Origin: Candidatus Brocadiaceae bacterium
GTDB lineage: Bacteria; Planctomycetota; Brocadiia; Brocadiales; Bathyanammoxibiaceae
Direction of reading: 5' to 3'
Assembly (NCBI GenBank): GCA_030018855.1
Contig: JASEHG010000024.1
Coordinates: forward strand, 1-16,220
DNA: 16,220 bases
Shown here: positions 13,085 to 16,220 of the stretch, one piece after another
How the letters are laid out: every line of letters starts with the position of its first letter
How positions within the stretch are numbered: position 1 is the first letter of the stretch
Position numbers and translations under genes: made by a program
The notes under the pieces: model-generated
The model's input: only the letters and a program-made list of their open reading frames with translations
Databases searched by the model: none
Told to the model about the DNA's origin: nothing

Positions 13085-14338
13085 ATGTTTCCTATTAACC
13101 TTTCTATAAAGTGGCTGATACCTTTTCTGATATTCTCCTGCGGCCTGGTGGCCGTAAGTCTGCTATGGGTCTTCAGAGAGACCTGGAGGGTGGAGTGGAA
13201 GATGTACCAGAAGCAAGAGTACGCCCAGATGAAGACAGACATGGAGGCCAAGCTAAAGGTACTGGAAGACCCCCAGTGGGGTGACCCCAAAAAGGCCGCC
13301 CTGGCCAGGAACAGCCTGGAGTACCTCAAAAAACCCAGATATCAGGTCAAACAGATAATCCTTAAGGGGGAGGGAAGCTGGAAAAAAGGGACAAGTGGCG
13401 TAAGGGTAGACAGGTGCATGACCTGCCACATAAACGAGGATAAACTCATTAAACAGCACCCCTACACGGCAGAGATATTCGCCTTTGACATTTATGGATG
13501 TACGGTTTGCCATGAGGGTAATGGGCGTGCCATCAAGAAGGCCTCAGCCCATGAGCATATGCTAGAGAAGAAGGCGGACATGTATAACAGGCTTGTCCAT
13601 CCAGAGGACGCCATTAAGTTCTGGAAGACCCTGGCCGGATTGGATATTCGGGACGGATTAGATGCCAGCGACTTCAGGTATTACAACGTCACAGGAGAAC
13701 CCCAGGTTTACGTGGGGAGCACTACCTGCATTAAGTGCCACAAGAAACTCACTGCCTATCACGTAGATTTCTGGGCAGGGAGCAAGTTCAAGACGTTTGA
13801 GAAGGTAAAAAATGCAAAGGATTTTATAGAAGGGGACGATAACTACCGCAAACAGTGTTATAAGTGTCATACCACAGGGTATAACGAGAAGACCGGAGAA
13901 TACAACGAAGAGAACGTAACTTGTGAGGCCTGCCATGGGCCAGGCGAGGTATACTCACAGTTTATGAGTACTGGAAAACTGGCGGAGGCGGCTACCCTAA
14001 CCAGGGACACCTTCAGCTTCAAGGTCTGTGGTAACTGCCACATCCCCAGGAATCATGAGATGCGGTTGCCCAGGCTCCTGGCTACGGAGAAAATAGAACT
14101 ATCCAGCTCATTACGAGAAGATGTAGGGGCGACCCGGCGGGTCGCCCCAGAGGAAGGGGAATTAAATCTAGCAGAAGAAGCGTCTGTCCCGGACATATTT
14201 ACTCTAATTAGTTTCTCCCACGAAGAAAAAGGGGCCCCGAAGGCCACCGGAGAGGGGCTTAGACCCCAGGAGGTGGAGAAAGGGACCCCTATTCCTGAAG
14301 TACATAGGACTCAAGCAGAGATAGGCACTAAAGGTTAG
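13085..14338 (+). CDS. Membrane-anchored hexaheme cytochrome c
   Basis: N-terminal TM helix (WLIPFLIFSCGLVAVSLLWVF). Six CxxCH motifs: CMTCH, CTVCH, CIKCH, CYKCH, CEACH, CGNCH. The last 98 aa are low-complexity and Glu-rich, and the true C-terminus is uncertain. Confidence 0.85.
   Translation: MFPINLSIKWLIPFLIFSCGLVAVSLLWVFRETWRVEWKMYQKQEYAQMKTDMEAKLKVLEDPQWGDPKKAALARNSLEYLKKPRYQVKQIILKGEGSWKKGTSGVRVDRCMTCHINEDKLIKQHPYTAEIFAFDIYGCTVCHEGNGRAIKKASAHEHMLEKKADMYNRLVHPEDAIKFWKTLAGLDIRDGLDASDFRYYNVTGEPQVYVGSTTCIKCHKKLTAYHVDFWAGSKFKTFEKVKNAKDFIEGDDNYRKQCYKCHTTGYNEKTGEYNEENVTCEACHGPGEVYSQFMSTGKLAEAATLTRDTFSFKVCGNCHIPRNHEMRLPRLLATEKIELSSSLREDVGATRRVAPEEGELNLAEEASVPDIFTLISFSHEEKGAPKATGEGLRPQEVEKGTPIPEVHRTQAEIGTKG
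14123..14148. repeat. GTAGGGGC-family perfect hairpin embedded in the hexaheme CDS tail
   Basis: GTA-GGGGCGACCC-GGC-GGGTCGCCCC, a 10-bp perfect GC-rich stem, preceded by GAT. It is read in frame as VGATRRVAP. Confidence 0.75.
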
Positions 14339-14404
14339 AGGGTAATTAGAGGAGGGGAGGTGATAAGACAAAACGTGTTATGTGTGCCCGCCGAACTACG
14401 CCGA

Positions 14405-14473
14405 AGGCAAATTTGCCTGAGGCACGAGCGGATTCTAGTCACCGGTAAGAAATTTCTAGACAGATAACTCTAG
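14405..14473 (+). promoter_or_regulatory. Palindrome plus three TCTAG words upstream of the HAO-like gene (possible operator/internal regulatory region)
   Basis: Perfect 14-nt palindrome AGGCAAATTTGCCT (14405-14418). TCTAG occurs at 14434, 14455 and 14469 (21-nt and 14-nt spacing). The RBS-like AAGGGG is 7 nt before the ATG at 14487. Confidence 0.3.
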
Positions 14474-14486
14474 AAAGGGGAAAAAT

Positions 14487-16220
14487 ATGAGACAATGGAG
14501 TTTACCGGTAGTATTAATCGTGGGAGTAATGATGTTGGGGGTTGCGCCCTGTCTGGCCCAGGCGCCAGCAGCCCCGGTGCCAGTAGCGGCAGCGGTTGCC
14601 GCTGACTTGCCACCGCTTAACGTCATGTGGCCCAGCGAGAAGGAGCAGAAGGCCTGGAGGGAATTTGTGGGTCTGGAGAAGGGTGATGGTCCCTATCGTG
14701 ACCTTTATAAACCCATCCCCATGCACATGTACATAGCCCCCACCAGGCACTACATCAGGCCCGACATGTCTGGCTTCGCCGACCTGATGAAAAAGTTCAA
14801 GCCAGACCAGTGCGAGGAGTGCCACCTGGAGGTGACCCCAGGCTGGACGCACCAGTGGGAGGATTCCGTTCATGCCAATCCCAGGAAGACCCCCTATACT
14901 GCCCAGAAGACGGCAGAGATAGAGAAGGTCCTGGGAAGGTCCATCACCAAGGTAGGCTGTGCAGAGTGCCACGGTTCAAGCCATGACAAGTTGCAGATGC
15001 CACATGTGGAGCAGTCCTGTGGCCACTGCCACAAACAGCAGATGGACGAGTTCGTCACAGAGAAGAAGGACGGCAGGCCAAGCCACTTTGCATCCTGGCA
15101 GTCCGAGGTAGTGCCCCCCTGGTATATTGAGGCCTACAGGAGGGGAGATGGCGTATCCATGGTTGGTTGCGACATCTGCCACCCAGAGATGGAGAGGTGC
15201 GACGGCTGTCACATGAGACACCTCTTTGACGCCAAAGAGGCCAGGCAACCAGAGACCTGTGGAAAGTGCCACATGGGCTATGACCACCCGGACTACGAGA
15301 GCTTTACGGAGTCCGCCATGGGTGTAACCTACCATGCCACTAGTCATGAGTGGAATATGAACATACCCATGGAGCAGGTGAAACCCGGTAAGGATTGGAG
15401 GGGTCCAACCTGTGCCTACTGCCATATGTATCAGGGTGGTGGGAAGTTTGGCCATAACGTCACCAACAAGGGCATCTGGCGTATGGGCGTCTACAAGCCC
15501 AAGCAGAGGAACTACGAGTACAAGTCCAGTCTGAAGGACGCCCCGTACGGGATAAACGTCCCGCCTCTGAACAAGGTGATAGACCTTGATTCTCCAGATA
15601 ACAAGGGCAAGAGGCAGAAGTGGATAGAGCTCTGCTCCAAGTGCCATAGCCCAAGGTTTGCAACGATTTACCTCAACCAGACCCTGGATGAGTACATGCT
15701 CCTGGGCTGGCAGAAGACCGATGCAACTATGGCTGTGGTAGACGGTCTTTTCAAGGATAACTGCATAGTCCCAGGCCCAGATAACCGTGACCCATTCTGG
15801 ATTGGTGACAAGATAGCGGGCATACTTGGTCCAGAGGCATTAGGACCTGTTCTGTATCCCTTATTCAATGAGAAGAAGGGCTACTTCCCGCTGTATGGTC
15901 CCATTATGGGGACAGGACATCATTACGTTACAGGTCCTGGCAGGCCCAACAATGTTGAATTACTGCTAGAAGAGCAGTGGTTCGGGGCCTTCCTGAGGGG
16001 TTACAAGGGTACGGCCCATGCCCAGCAGGATTACTCCTGGTGGTATGGTTGGGCGCCTATGATTCAGAACCAGGCCAAGGTTCAGGACTGGGCCGTTCAG
16101 TTGAGGAGGATAAAGGCCCTAGAGGACAAAGCTGGGATAAAGGCAGACGGAACACTGCCCAGCGACAAGATAATCTACGGCAATACTTCTCTTTACACAG
16201 ACGGTCTGCATAGGAAGTAG
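14487..16220 (+). CDS. hao: Octaheme hydroxylamine-oxidoreductase-like (HAO-family) cytochrome c, secreted
   Basis: Signal peptide MRQWSLPVVLIVGVMMLGVAPCLAQA. Eight CxxCH motifs: CEECH, CAECH, CGHCH, CDICH, CDGCH, CGKCH, CAYCH, CSKCH. The long C-terminal helical region is typical of HAO. The TAG stop is at 16218-16220, the window edge. Confidence 0.92.
   Translation: MRQWSLPVVLIVGVMMLGVAPCLAQAPAAPVPVAAAVAADLPPLNVMWPSEKEQKAWREFVGLEKGDGPYRDLYKPIPMHMYIAPTRHYIRPDMSGFADLMKKFKPDQCEECHLEVTPGWTHQWEDSVHANPRKTPYTAQKTAEIEKVLGRSITKVGCAECHGSSHDKLQMPHVEQSCGHCHKQQMDEFVTEKKDGRPSHFASWQSEVVPPWYIEAYRRGDGVSMVGCDICHPEMERCDGCHMRHLFDAKEARQPETCGKCHMGYDHPDYESFTESAMGVTYHATSHEWNMNIPMEQVKPGKDWRGPTCAYCHMYQGGGKFGHNVTNKGIWRMGVYKPKQRNYEYKSSLKDAPYGINVPPLNKVIDLDSPDNKGKRQKWIELCSKCHSPRFATIYLNQTLDEYMLLGWQKTDATMAVVDGLFKDNCIVPGPDNRDPFWIGDKIAGILGPEALGPVLYPLFNEKKGYFPLYGPIMGTGHHYVTGPGRPNNVELLLEEQWFGAFLRGYKGTAHAQQDYSWWYGWAPMIQNQAKVQDWAVQLRRIKALEDKAGIKADGTLPSDKIIYGNTSLYTDGLHRK

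Overview
The window reads as an anammox-type planctomycete (Brocadiales-like) locus; the genus cannot be called, and GC looks roughly balanced by eye but was not computed. All content below is from reading the sequence and ORF track, with no database search. There are three parts.

- **Left edge (1-2257).** A minus-strand, window-truncated Cache-domain membrane sensor missing from the ORF track (1-801). Then a repeat-filled divergent intergenic region, a small membrane-anchored hypothetical and an FmdB-type zinc-ribbon protein.
- **Lipid operon (2258-8544).** Six co-directional genes: ACP, FabZ, FabF, a catalytically dead KS-like partner, a CrtI/phytoene-desaturase-like flavoprotein and a B12-binding radical SAM enzyme. 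This is the composition proposed for ladderane lipid biosynthesis in anammox bacteria, and that chemistry remains unsolved.
- **Rieske/cytochrome b operon (8972-16220).** Six co-directional genes after a 427-nt structured spacer: a GltD-like FAD/NAD(P)H iron-sulfur oxidoreductase with a 2x[4Fe-4S] tail, a Rieske protein, a split b6-type cytochrome b (two genes), a membrane-anchored hexaheme cytochrome c and an octaheme hydroxylamine-oxidoreductase-like protein. The last CDS stops exactly at the window end.

A second layer of signal is non-coding. Every intergenic gap longer than about 70 nt holds an imperfect hairpin or palindromic element. Several are built from short reiterated words mirrored by their complements (GATTT/AAATC, TAGGG/CCCTA), and another group is a GTAGGGGC-hairpin family. 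Some copies overlap stop codons or sit in frame inside coding sequence.

No tRNA, rRNA, CRISPR array, transposase or integrase was seen. Promoter and terminator calls are weak, motif-only guesses.
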